This document shows, piece after piece, positions 33,231-42,390 of a stretch of DNA of 47,692 bases. The stretch covers positions 1 through 47,692 of the forward strand of contig JAZLFU010000016.1 in assembly GCA_045615915.1 (NCBI GenBank). Direction: 5' to 3'. The translations under genes were made by a program, and so were the position numbers. The notes below the pieces were generated by a model. That model did no database searches, was not told where the DNA came from, and saw only the letters and a program-made list of their open reading frames with translations. Source of the DNA: Oscillospiraceae bacterium (lineage in GTDB: Bacteria; Bacillota; Clostridia; Oscillospirales; Ruminococcaceae). The stretch's first letter is position 1. Every line of letters begins with the position of its first letter.

Positions 33231-33263
33231 AAAAAAAGAGGTCGGAAAATCCGGCCTCTTTTC
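33231..33263. terminator. Bidirectional intrinsic terminator (araC-like convergent with cysK)
   Basis: A 9-bp stem agaggtcgg / ccggcctct (one G-U pair) is flanked by an A-run on the left and TTTT on the right. Confidence 0.65.
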
Positions 33264-33274
33264 ATATATTCGTT

Positions 33275-34201
33275 TTATTCGTAATATCCACAGGAGAGAT
33301 AACGGTTGCCGGTATCGGGCAGGATAACGGCGATATTTTTTCCGGAATTTTCCGGGCGCTTCGCAAGCTTTACCGCTGCGGCAATCGCACCGCCGGAGGA
33401 TATTCCGGCAAGATAGCCTTCCTTTGCCGCGAGGAGCCTTCCGTATTCGTAGGCTTCCTCATCGGTGATATCGAGGGTTTCGTCAATAAGAGAGATATCG
33501 ACGTTTCCGGGAAGATAGTTCGGCCCTATGCCCTGTATCTTGTGTTTTCCGACTTTATTTTGAGTGAGAAGCGGCGAAGAGGCAGGCTCATAAGCCACTA
33601 CTTTGACCTTCGGGAGCTTTTCTTTGAGATATCTTGCGCAGCCGGTTATGGTGCCGCCGGTACCGACTCCGGCAACGAAAACATCTATTCTACCGTCGAG
33701 CTGTTCAAACATTTCCGGCGCGGTGGAAAGATAGTGGGCGAGGGGATTGTCGGGATTTTCAAACTGGGAGGGCATAAAGCTGTTCGGGCATTTTTTAAGG
33801 AGTTTTTCGGCGACTTTTATGCTTCCGACCATACCTTCATCGCCGGGGGTGAGCACAAGCTCCGCTCCGAGAGCTTTGAGCACAAGCCTTCTTTCCATGC
33901 TCATGCTGTCCGGCATAACTATAATACAGCGGTATCCGCGGGTTGCCGCAACCGCCGCAAGACCTATTCCGGTATTTCCGCTCGTAGGCTCAATTATGAC
34001 GGAGCCGGGTTTTAATAAATGCTTTTTCTCCGCTTCGTCAAGCATGGTGAGGGCGGCTCTGTCCTTTATGCTTCCGCCGGGATTCATACCCTCGAGTTTG
34101 GCAAAGATACGGGCGGAAATGCCTTCGGATTTTTCTATTTTACAGAGTTCAAGCATAGGAGTTTTTCCTATAAGCTCGCTGAAACTTTTCGCTACGTTCA
34201 T
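33275..34201 (-). CDS. cysK: Cysteine synthase A (O-acetylserine sulfhydrylase)
   Basis: NPGGSIKDRAAL (PLP lysine), TSGNTGIGLA, and GVGTGGTITG are present. Confidence 0.9.
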   Translation of the reverse strand: MNVAKSFSELIGKTPMLELCKIEKSEGISARIFAKLEGMNPGGSIKDRAALTMLDEAEKKHLLKPGSVIIEPTSGNTGIGLAAVAATRGYRCIIVMPDSMSMERRLVLKALGAELVLTPGDEGMVGSIKVAEKLLKKCPNSFMPSQFENPDNPLAHYLSTAPEMFEQLDGRIDVFVAGVGTGGTITGCARYLKEKLPKVKVVAYEPASSPLLTQNKVGKHKIQGIGPNYLPGNVDISLIDETLDITDEEAYEYGRLLAAKEGYLAGISSGGAIAAAVKLAKRPENSGKNIAVILPDTGNRYLSCGYYE

Positions 34202-34271
34202 AATATTACCTCCCGGAGAAAAGTATCTACGGTGATATTATAATCATTTGCCGGAAATATTGCAATAGAAA

Positions 34272-34300
34272 TTGACAAAACAATAAATTTATATTATATT
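34272..34300 (+). promoter_or_regulatory. Sigma-A-type promoter for the PsuG-like gene
   Basis: TTGACA (34272-34277), a 17-nt spacer, then TATATT (34295-34300). Confidence 0.6.
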
Positions 34301-34342
34301 ATATAAGTAATAGTTTGCTCACGAATGGAGGAAACCTTGTCT

Positions 34343-36310
34343 ATGAAAAAGAATTTTTATTTTGAAATAGCGCCGGAGGTACAGAATGCCATCCGGGGCG
34401 GAATGCCCGTTGTTGCACTTGAATCCGCAACGGCCTGTTGCGGAATGCCCTATCCGCAAAGCGCCCAGGTCTTGAGAAAAGCCGAGGAGGTCGTTCGCGG
34501 CGAGGGCGCAGTCCCAGCAACGATAGCGGTTCTCGGCGGAAAAATAAAGGTGGGACTTACCGCCGAAGAAATCGAGTGTCTTGCAAAGAAAGGAAAACCC
34601 GCGGCAAGAGCTTCGAAAAAAGATATTCCTATTCTTATCGCGAAAGAGGAGGACGGAGCCGCCACTGTTTCCGCCGCCGCAATGATAGCGGAAATGGCGG
34701 GAATAAAGGTTTTGGCTTCCGGAATCGTAGGAGGAGTTCTCCGCGGCGAAGAAAACAAGGCTGACGTTTCCGCGGATATCGAAGCGGTTTCCGAAAACGA
34801 TATCGCGGTAGTCTGCGCCGGAATCGAATCCGTTTACGATATAGACCTTACCCTCGAATATCTCGAAACGAAGGGTGTTCCGGTGGTCGGCTTCGGAACA
34901 AAAGAGCTTCCGGCTTTCTATTGCAGAGAGAGCGGTTTCGGTGTTGACTATGAAATCGACGAGCCGGAGGAACTTGCCGCAGCGATAAAAGCGAAACACG
35001 ACCTCGGAATAAAGAGCGGAATCCTTGTTGCGAATCCTGTTCCGAGAGAACACGCAATGAATAAAAATCAGGCGGATATGGTTATTGAACGCGCGGTAAA
35101 AGCGGCTTCCGATAACGGCATAAAAGGAAAAGAGCTTCCCACCTTCCTTATGGCGCTTATTAAGGAAATGACCGGCGGAATGAGCCTCGATACGACTGTT
35201 GAGGCAATTCTGAACAACGCGAGAATCGCCGCAAAGACAGCATACAGCCTTGCCGCTCTCGGAAGCGATGAAGAGGACGAATGTGATGAGCTTCTCCGCG
35301 CGGAAATTGCCGATGATACCGCCGAAAGCATAGGCAGAGAGATAAACGCTTTCAGAAACGAAGTCGAAAATATAATAAATCAGAGAATGGCCGCGATGCC
35401 TATAAATCCGTATATGAACCCGTATATGAATCCCTATCAGCAGCAGCCTAATCCATATCAGCCCAATCCCTACCAGCAGGCTCCGTTCCAGAATCCCTAC
35501 CAGCCGGCGCCGCAGCAGCAGCCTCCGTTCCAGCCGGCGCCTCAACCTGCTCCTATGCCCTACGTAAATCCGTATAAACCGGTACGTCAGGAGCCGGAAC
35601 CTGTTGAGGAACCCGAAATTCCCGTTTACGATCCGAACAAATACAAAGTTCCCGATGATCAATGGGTAAATCCTTTCGCTCCGAAGCACGATAATGAGCC
35701 GGAAAAGGCCGCCGAGCCCGAAGAAAAGATAGAAGAAACTTCCGCCGGCGGCGATTCGCCCGTAATAGCGAATACCGCTCCGGAAGTTATGCAGATGGTC
35801 GAGGATTCCGTTGAGGAAACAAAAGAGGAAGAAGTTCCTGCTGAAGAGACCGAGGAGGAGGCTCCCGCTGAAGAGGAAACCGCTACCGAAGTTCCGGAAG
35901 AAACCGAAGAAGCTCCGGCAGAGGAAACTCCGGTTGAGGAAGCTCTCGCAGAGGCCGAAGAAAACGCCGGGGAGGATGAAAATACTCTTACCGAGTACGT
36001 TCCTCCGGTTCACGAAAAGAAAAAGCGCAAACCCGACAATATGGAAAAACCCGAAATGGACGGAGAGGGAATGACCTCTTACGATCCGGAGTTTTACCGC
36101 AAGAGGGCGGAGGAGCGTAAACAGCGTCTTGCGGAAGCGGCGGGAGAGAGCAAACACGTCGAGGAAGCCAAAGCCGCCGAGCCGGAATATATTGACTGCA
36201 AAGGTCCGCTTGAATTTACCGGCGAACACCCATGGGCATGGAAATGCACAAGATGCGGTCAGGTGTTCCAAAAGCACGAGATCCCGCATAAATGCGTAAA
36301 GACCGAATAA
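34343..36310 (+). CDS. PsuG/IndA-like (pseudouridine-5'-phosphate glycosidase family) domain fused to a long low-complexity Pro/Gln/Glu-rich C-terminal region
   Basis: Residues 1-~310 match the IndA fold motifs (VVALES, GMPYPQ, GAVPATIAVLGG, VVCAG..S..D, TLEYLETKGVPVVGF, ANPVP). Residues ~318-620 are low complexity (NPYMNPYMNPYQQQPNPYQ..., EETEEEAPAEEE...). The C-terminus has a Cys/His cluster. The start was set at the ATG at 34343. Confidence 0.75.
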   Translation: MKKNFYFEIAPEVQNAIRGGMPVVALESATACCGMPYPQSAQVLRKAEEVVRGEGAVPATIAVLGGKIKVGLTAEEIECLAKKGKPAARASKKDIPILIAKEEDGAATVSAAAMIAEMAGIKVLASGIVGGVLRGEENKADVSADIEAVSENDIAVVCAGIESVYDIDLTLEYLETKGVPVVGFGTKELPAFYCRESGFGVDYEIDEPEELAAAIKAKHDLGIKSGILVANPVPREHAMNKNQADMVIERAVKAASDNGIKGKELPTFLMALIKEMTGGMSLDTTVEAILNNARIAAKTAYSLAALGSDEEDECDELLRAEIADDTAESIGREINAFRNEVENIINQRMAAMPINPYMNPYMNPYQQQPNPYQPNPYQQAPFQNPYQPAPQQQPPFQPAPQPAPMPYVNPYKPVRQEPEPVEEPEIPVYDPNKYKVPDDQWVNPFAPKHDNEPEKAAEPEEKIEETSAGGDSPVIANTAPEVMQMVEDSVEETKEEEVPAEETEEEAPAEEETATEVPEETEEAPAEETPVEEALAEAEENAGEDENTLTEYVPPVHEKKKRKPDNMEKPEMDGEGMTSYDPEFYRKRAEERKQRLAEAAGESKHVEEAKAAEPEYIDCKGPLEFTGEHPWAWKCTRCGQVFQKHEIPHKCVKTE

Positions 36311-36392
36311 ATTTAATAATGAACTGAACGGGCGGAGCATTTCCGTCCGTTTGGATTTAGTTAGAATAAATTTAAAAAAGGAGGAGAGCTTT

Positions 36393-36950
36393 TTGGATGA
36401 AACTTTTACTGCCGGAATACGTCCGGGCGGACTTACGGCGGGAAGAGAGATAAGGATCCTTATCTGCCATATTCTTTCGGAAGTAAACGAGGCTATGAGC
36501 TTTGATGAGATGACGGAAGTGTTCCTTTCCGATGGGACTGCGAATTATTTTGAGTTTGCGGATGCGCTTTCGGAGCTGAATGAGAGCGGCTGTGTTGTAT
36601 CGTTCAAATCCGATGCGGGAATAAGCGAATATTCCGTAACGAAAAAAGGAAGAGAAGCCGCAAAAACTCTCCTTGCCGATTTGCCGGCGGCGGTGGAGGA
36701 ACGCTCCGTTACCGCGGCAAAAAGCGTTATTCAAAAAAGAAGACTTGAAAAGGAAAATCTCGTTTCCATAACGAAAACCGAGGATGGATATAAAATCCAT
36801 ATGCGCGTTACGGATATAGGTACCGACCTTATGGAGCTTTCGCTTTTCATGCCCACGAGGGAGCAGGCAAACGCCGTGAAAAAGCGTTTTCTTGAAGATC
36901 CCGCAAAAACCTATTCCGAAGTGCTTTCCGCCCTTGCCGGAAAATTCTGA
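36393..36950 (+). CDS. DUF4364 family protein
   Basis: The ~185-aa product has Clostridia-typical family features as I recall them. The TTG start at 36393 lies 6 nt after GGAGGAG. Confidence 0.5.
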   Translation: MDETFTAGIRPGGLTAGREIRILICHILSEVNEAMSFDEMTEVFLSDGTANYFEFADALSELNESGCVVSFKSDAGISEYSVTKKGREAAKTLLADLPAAVEERSVTAAKSVIQKRRLEKENLVSITKTEDGYKIHMRVTDIGTDLMELSLFMPTREQANAVKKRFLEDPAKTYSEVLSALAGKF

Positions 36951-36974
36951 TTTCATAAAAAGGGGTTATATCGA

Positions 36975-38033
36975 ATGAGCAAAAAAACGGTTGCGTTGCT
37001 TTTCGGCGGAGTATCGAGCGAACACGAGGTTTCGTGTATGTCCGTTACATCCGTTGCGGAAAATATAGACAGAGAAAAATATGAAGTCCTCATGCTCGGA
37101 ATAATGAAGAACGGCGAATGGCGTCTTTATTCCGGCGATATCGCGAAAGTGAAAAGCGGCGAATGGAAAAACGATTGCGAAAATCTTAAAAAAGCATATA
37201 TCTGTCCGGATAGAAGCATCCACGGAATTATGGTATATGACGGCAAAGAGTGGAGCGAAAAACGGATAGACGTCGTATTCCCGGTAATGCACGGGAAAAA
37301 CGGCGAAGACGGAACCATGCAGGGACTCCTTGAAATAGCAGGTATCCCATATGTCGGCTGCAAGGTGCTTGCCTCCGCGGATTGCATGGATAAAGACGTT
37401 TGCCATGCGCTTTTACAGAGAGCGGGTGTACCCCAGGTCGAATGGCTCACCTATTTCCGCGGCTGCGACTTTGATGAAGCGGAGACCGCCGTTTCCGAAA
37501 AACTCGGATATCCGGTATTCGTAAAGCCGGCAAACGCGGGTTCCTCCGTGGGAATTACGAAAGTAAAGGCTCCGGAGATGCTCAAAGAGGCAATGGAACT
37601 TGCTTTTGAGCACGACGAGAAAATAATTATCGAAGAAGCCGTAAAAGAGCCGATAGAGGTCGAATGTGCCGTAATCGGGAACAAAAAGCCCTATGCGAGC
37701 GTGCTCGGCGAAGTTGTTCCGGCAGATGAATTTTACAGCTATGACGCAAAATATTATAATGCGGAAAGCAAACTCTATATCCCGGCGCGTCTTTCCGAAA
37801 GCATTACGGAAGAAATAAGAAAGACCGCAGTAAAAGCGTATAAGATACTCGGCTGCAGCGGACTTGCGAGAGTTGATTTCCTCGTTGAGGGCGAAACCGG
37901 AAAAATCGTTCTCAATGAGCCGAATACCCTTCCGGGATTTACCAATATTTCAATGTACCCGAAACTTCTTATGGCTTCCGGAATGACCTACGCCGGAATT
38001 ATTGATAAGGTTTTGGAGCTTGCCGAAGAATAA
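36975..38033 (+). CDS. ddl: D-alanine--D-alanine ligase
   Basis: VALLFGGVSSEHEVS, FPVMHGKNGEDGTMQGLLE, YPVFVKPANAGSSVG, and EPNTLPGFT are present. Confidence 0.9.
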   Translation: MSKKTVALLFGGVSSEHEVSCMSVTSVAENIDREKYEVLMLGIMKNGEWRLYSGDIAKVKSGEWKNDCENLKKAYICPDRSIHGIMVYDGKEWSEKRIDVVFPVMHGKNGEDGTMQGLLEIAGIPYVGCKVLASADCMDKDVCHALLQRAGVPQVEWLTYFRGCDFDEAETAVSEKLGYPVFVKPANAGSSVGITKVKAPEMLKEAMELAFEHDEKIIIEEAVKEPIEVECAVIGNKKPYASVLGEVVPADEFYSYDAKYYNAESKLYIPARLSESITEEIRKTAVKAYKILGCSGLARVDFLVEGETGKIVLNEPNTLPGFTNISMYPKLLMASGMTYAGIIDKVLELAEE

Positions 38034-38053
38034 TCCGCTTGGAGGAAAAACAG

Positions 38054-38875
38054 ATGGATAAAAGGCCGATAGGTGTTTTCGATTCGGGGCTCGGCGGACT
38101 CACTGCCGTAAAAGAATTGCGAAGAATACTTCCGGGCGAAGATATTGTCTATTTCGGAGATACGGGACGGGTTCCCTATGGGAGCAGAAGCCCCGGCGTC
38201 ATTAAAGAATACGCCTCGCAATGCCTGCGCTTTATTGAAAAGCAGGACGTGAAGCTTATAGTTATAGCCTGCGGAACGGTAAGCTCCGTTTTTGACGATG
38301 AGATGCGAAAGGAGTTTTCCGTACCATGTATGGGCGTTTTGAAGCCCACCGTTGAAGCGGCTGTTAAAGCGACAAAGAACGGAAAAATAGGGCTTATCGC
38401 AACGGCCGCTACCGTTTCGAGCCGTTCCTATGAAAAGCTTACGGAAAAGCTCATGCCGGAAGCGGAATTTACCGCAAAGGCGTGCCCGCTTTTTGTTCCG
38501 CTTGTTGAAAACGGATATTTCAAAATGGGGAACGAAGTTACGGAGCTTGTCGCGAAGGATTATCTTTCCGCATTTGACGGGAAAGATATAGATACTCTTA
38601 TTCTCGGCTGTACCCATTATCCGCTTCTCTATGATTTGATAGATTCGCTTACAGAGCAGAGGCTCAATCTCATTGATGCGGGAAAAGAAACCGCTTCGGA
38701 GACAAAACGTTTTCTCACTGAAAAAGATATGCTTTCCGGTTCCGGAAACGGAGATATGAAATTCTTCGTTACGGATAAAATAGAGGGCTTTTCGAAGCTC
38801 GGAAAAGAGTTCCTCGGTGAAGAACTCGAAAAGGTAAACCATGTTGATATAGAAAAACTTGTTAAGGAATATTAA
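38054..38875 (+). CDS. murI: Glutamate racemase
   Basis: IGVFDSGLGGLT, VIACGTVS, and LGCTHYPLL carry the two catalytic Cys motifs. The start follows GGAGG. Confidence 0.9.
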   Translation: MDKRPIGVFDSGLGGLTAVKELRRILPGEDIVYFGDTGRVPYGSRSPGVIKEYASQCLRFIEKQDVKLIVIACGTVSSVFDDEMRKEFSVPCMGVLKPTVEAAVKATKNGKIGLIATAATVSSRSYEKLTEKLMPEAEFTAKACPLFVPLVENGYFKMGNEVTELVAKDYLSAFDGKDIDTLILGCTHYPLLYDLIDSLTEQRLNLIDAGKETASETKRFLTEKDMLSGSGNGDMKFFVTDKIEGFSKLGKEFLGEELEKVNHVDIEKLVKEY

Positions 38876-39307
38876 ATGAAAAAAGACGTTATGATTTATA
38901 TAAAAGGTATTCGGAACATAGACGGAGATAAGGATACCGTTGAGCTTTACACAAAAGGAAGATATTATAAGCGGAGCGGAATGTATTTTCTCTCTTACGA
39001 TGAGATGGAAGAGGACGACATAGAGCCGACGATAAAGACTATTCTTAAAGTTGACGGCACGAAATGCGTTACGATGACAAAGAGCGGAAAACGCAAAAGC
39101 CAGCTTATTATTGAAAACGGTGAACGCCACCAGTGCCATTACGATAACGGATACGATGATTGGATAATGGGAATAGAGGGCAGCAGTATAGAAAACGGTC
39201 TTAAAGATAATGGCGGTATCCTCAATTTCAAATATTCAATGGATATAAATACAATGCTTACAAGTGAGCACGAGATAAACATAGTAGTCAAGGAGAGTGA
39301 AAACTGA
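38876..39307 (+). CDS. DUF1934 domain protein
   Basis: The 143-aa beta-rich protein lies immediately upstream of, and overlaps, argS. This is the usual Firmicute arrangement for DUF1934. Confidence 0.6.
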   Translation: MKKDVMIYIKGIRNIDGDKDTVELYTKGRYYKRSGMYFLSYDEMEEDDIEPTIKTILKVDGTKCVTMTKSGKRKSQLIIENGERHQCHYDNGYDDWIMGIEGSSIENGLKDNGGILNFKYSMDINTMLTSEHEINIVVKESEN

Positions 39308-41046
39308 TGCGTAATTTGATATCAGAAGCAAAGGCACAGTATAGAGAGCTTATTGAAAAGGCGGTAAAAGCCGCAGTTTCTTCCGGCGCTCTCGGAGAGG
39401 GAGAAATTCCGGAATATATTATCGAAATACCGGCTGATACCAAAAACGGAAATCTTGCTTCAAACGTTGCTATGGTTTCGGCAAGGGCTTTTCATAAAGC
39501 GCCGCGCCAGATTGCAGACGCAATAGCCGCAAACCTTGACCTTTCCGGAAGCTACTTCGAAAAAGCGGAGGTAGCCGGTCCCGGATTTCTCAATGTGTTC
39601 TATGCGCCGCATTGGTATGCAGAAACCGTTTCCGCCGCTATCACAGAAAAAGACGATTACGGAAAGAGCGACGAAGGAAAAGGCAAAAAGGTAATGGTGG
39701 AATTCGTTTCCGCGAACCCTACCGGCCCTATGCACATGGGTAACGCAAGAGGCGGCGCTATCGGAGATGGACTTGCCGAAGCTATGAAATGGTGCGGCTA
39801 TGACGTTACAAGGGAGTTTTACGTAAACGATGCCGGAAACCAGATAGAGAAATTCGGGAAATCCCTTGAAGCGAGATATATCCAGCTTTATAAAGGCGAA
39901 GATGCTGTTGAATTCCCGGAGGACGGATACCATGGCGAGGATATAAAAGTCCGCGCGAAAGAGTTTGCCGATATGAACGGCGATAAATACCTTGAAACTT
40001 CTTCCGAGGAGAGAAAACAGGCTCTTGTAAACTACGCACTTCCGGCAAACGTCGAGGGACTTGAACGCGACCTTCATAAATACAGAATAGACTACGACGT
40101 ATGGTTCAGAGAAAGCTCTCTCTATAAAAACGGAACTGTTGATAAAATCGTCAAGATACTCACCGAAAAGGGACTTACCTATGAAAAAGACGGCGCACTC
40201 TGGTACAAAAACGCGGAGGTACTTACCGCAAGACTGAAAGCGGAGGGCAAGACCGATAAACAGATAGAAGACCTTGAACTCAAAGATGACGTTCTTATCC
40301 GCGCGAACGGAAATCCCACCTATTTTGCCGGAGATATCGCATATCACTATAATAAATTCGCTGAGCGCGGATTTGATAAAGTCATAAACGTTTGGGGAGC
40401 GGACCATCACGGCCACGTTGCCCGTCTTAAAGGCGCAATGGATGCCATCGGCGAAGACGGAAATAAACTTGACGTTGTTCTTATGCAGCTTGTTGAGCTT
40501 ATGAGGAACGGAAAGCCGGAGAGAATGAGCAAACGTACCGGGAAAGCCATAACTCTTACTGACCTTCTCGAAGAAGTTCCGATAGACGCCGCCCGTTTCT
40601 TCTTCAATATGCGCGAGCCGAATACCCACCTTATTTTCGATCTCGACCTTGCCGTCGAGCAGTCGAGCCAGAACCCGGTTTATTACGTTCAGTATGCTCA
40701 CGCAAGGATATGCTCCATTCTTCGCGCTCTTGCCGAGGAGGGAATTTCTCCGAAAGAGGATATTTCGGTTTATAACTACACCGAACCGGAGGAGCTTGCC
40801 CTTGTTACCGAGATAGCGCAGTTTCCGGGCGAAATAATTGAATCCGTAAAGGCATACGATCCCGCGAAGATCACGAAATATGCCGTTGATATTGCGACTA
40901 TGTTCCATAAATTCTATAACGCCTGCCGCTGCCGTGTTGATGATGAAAACGTTATGTATGCGAGACTTGCTCTTATCCTCGCCGCAAAGACGACTATTAA
41001 AAACGTACTTACAATGCTTAAAATCGACGTTCCGGAGAGCATGTAA
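39307..41046 (+). CDS. argS: Arginine--tRNA ligase
   Basis: The class I HIGH-type motif reads SANPTGPMHMGNARG, and the MSKRTG (KMSKS-like) motif and a C-terminal anticodon-binding domain are present. Confidence 0.9.
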   Translation: MRNLISEAKAQYRELIEKAVKAAVSSGALGEGEIPEYIIEIPADTKNGNLASNVAMVSARAFHKAPRQIADAIAANLDLSGSYFEKAEVAGPGFLNVFYAPHWYAETVSAAITEKDDYGKSDEGKGKKVMVEFVSANPTGPMHMGNARGGAIGDGLAEAMKWCGYDVTREFYVNDAGNQIEKFGKSLEARYIQLYKGEDAVEFPEDGYHGEDIKVRAKEFADMNGDKYLETSSEERKQALVNYALPANVEGLERDLHKYRIDYDVWFRESSLYKNGTVDKIVKILTEKGLTYEKDGALWYKNAEVLTARLKAEGKTDKQIEDLELKDDVLIRANGNPTYFAGDIAYHYNKFAERGFDKVINVWGADHHGHVARLKGAMDAIGEDGNKLDVVLMQLVELMRNGKPERMSKRTGKAITLTDLLEEVPIDAARFFFNMREPNTHLIFDLDLAVEQSSQNPVYYVQYAHARICSILRALAEEGISPKEDISVYNYTEPEELALVTEIAQFPGEIIESVKAYDPAKITKYAVDIATMFHKFYNACRCRVDDENVMYARLALILAAKTTIKNVLTMLKIDVPESM

Positions 41047-41061
41047 GAATAAAACGGTAAT

Positions 41062-41101
41062 AAAAAATGAGCACGGAAAGTTCCGTGCTCATTTTGTTTT
41101 T
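41062..41101. terminator. Bidirectional intrinsic terminator (argS convergent with the nudix gene)
   Basis: The stem atgagcacgg(aa) / (tt)ccgtgctcat is flanked by an A-run and TTTTGTTTTTTT. Confidence 0.8.
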
Positions 41102-41560
41102 TTACATTCCCCGGCGTTTGATATATTCCATTGCTTTCGCAATAAGATTTTTATCGTTCCGGAAGGTTACCGCATCATAAGCGGCATTTATTTCCCACCA
41201 TTGAAGCTCGCTCACTTCCTCCTCCTGTGGGTGGAGGGTGGATTCATTGAGTGTAAAACCGATAAAATAAATTACCTGTTTTTTTACGTTGGGCTTTGGA
41301 GAATACTCAACGGATTCTCTGAAACCGTCTCTTAAAAATACCCTAAGACCGGTTTCTTCACGGATTTCGCGAAGGGCGGTTTCCATTTCGGTTTCGCCGG
41401 ATTCCATATGTCCCTTCGGAAAAGACCAATGCCCGCCGCAACGATGCTTGAGGAGAAGAAGCTGGGTCTCTCCTTCGTGCTCGCGGTAGATAAGACCGCC
41501 GCAGGATTTTTCGTGTCTCATTGTTTTAATACTCCTATGGGCTAAAGTTATACTAAACAT
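41102..41560 (-). CDS. NUDIX hydrolase
   Basis: The Nudix box is GHWSFPKGHMESGETEMETALREIREETGL. The start is either 41560 or the internal ATG at 41521, and both have SD-like sequences. Confidence 0.8.
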   Translation of the reverse strand: MFSITLAHRSIKTMRHEKSCGGLIYREHEGETQLLLLKHRCGGHWSFPKGHMESGETEMETALREIREETGLRVFLRDGFRESVEYSPKPNVKKQVIYFIGFTLNESTLHPQEEEVSELQWWEINAAYDAVTFRNDKNLIAKAMEYIKRRGM

Positions 41561-41690
41561 ATCATAACACCTTTATTAAGTCTATTCAAGAGCAAATCGC
41601 CGAAAAATGTATAATTTTAGCATATAAATATTTACAATACCATAAAATAATGTTATTTTATATAAAAAGACTTAAAAGGAAGTATCGGAT

Positions 41691-42272
41691 TTGAAAAAAA
41701 TATTTTCACTTTTGCTTGCACTTTTGATGATATTTGCTTTTTCCGCCTGCGGCAAAGAGGAAGTATTTGATATCGGAAAAGTTAAAGACGGAGTTTATAT
41801 AAATGACTATATGGATATAAAGGCAACTTTGCCGGAAGGGTTCGAATTTATGTCCGATGATGAGGCAAAAAAGGCTTTCGGTGTAACGGAGCTTTATTCC
41901 GATGGCAGCGCCTTCGGTTACGGAGCTTTCGCTACAAGTGAAACCGGAGCTTCGCTGAATTTTACTTTTGAAAACACCGCGCTCTCAAGAGAAGAAAAAT
42001 GTACCGCTGAGGGATATTTGAATGAAACTCTTGATTCGATGTTCTCGCTGAGCAGCTATTGTGTTGTGGATTATGAAAAGGGCGTTATGAACTTTGGCGG
42101 AGAGGATATTCACTATATGGATATAGAACTCAGCGTGGATATAGGTACTGATACTGTGGAGATATTCGAGCGCATGGCTGTCAAAGAAAAGGAAGAATGG
42201 ATATGTATAATAAATGCCGCTTCGCAATATGAAGCGGATATCGAAGCTCTGTTTTCCGGAATAGAAATGTAA
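41691..42272 (+). CDS. Hypothetical lipoprotein
   Basis: It has a signal peptide with a lipobox (IFAFSACG). No family was recognised. Confidence 0.55.
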   Translation: MKKIFSLLLALLMIFAFSACGKEEVFDIGKVKDGVYINDYMDIKATLPEGFEFMSDDEAKKAFGVTELYSDGSAFGYGAFATSETGASLNFTFENTALSREEKCTAEGYLNETLDSMFSLSSYCVVDYEKGVMNFGGEDIHYMDIELSVDIGTDTVEIFERMAVKEKEEWICIINAASQYEADIEALFSGIEM

Positions 42273-42280
42273 AAGAAAAA

Positions 42281-42318
42281 AGGAATGTATGAATTTGTTT
42301 TTATACATTCCTTTTTCT
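42281..42318 (+). terminator. Intrinsic terminator after the lipoprotein gene
   Basis: A 10-bp stem aggaatgtat / atacattcct has a 12-nt loop and is followed by TTTTTCTT. Confidence 0.65.
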
Positions 42319-42390
42319 TAATAAAAATTTAAGAAAATAATCACTTTATTTTTAATCCATTAACTGGTAGACTTATTTTGAGGTGAAGAT

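Noticed and set aside
32204-33265. 353-aa ORF on the - strand
   Set aside because: It is the antisense shadow of the AraC/GyrI-like regulator gene.
34319-36340. 673-aa ORF on the - strand, the longest alternative frame in the window
   Set aside because: It lies opposite the PsuG-like gene, whose + frame has clear family motifs, a promoter and an SD. The minus-frame product is Arg/Leu/Phe-rich low complexity. It is explained by avoidance of TTA/CTA/TCA codons in the real gene.
37988-39139. 383-aa ORF on the - strand spanning murI and the DUF1934 gene
   Set aside because: It is the antisense shadow of two well-supported + strand genes.
39460-40908. 482-aa ORF on the - strand
   Set aside because: It is the antisense shadow of argS. 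It has no motifs or SD and is codon-aligned with the real gene.
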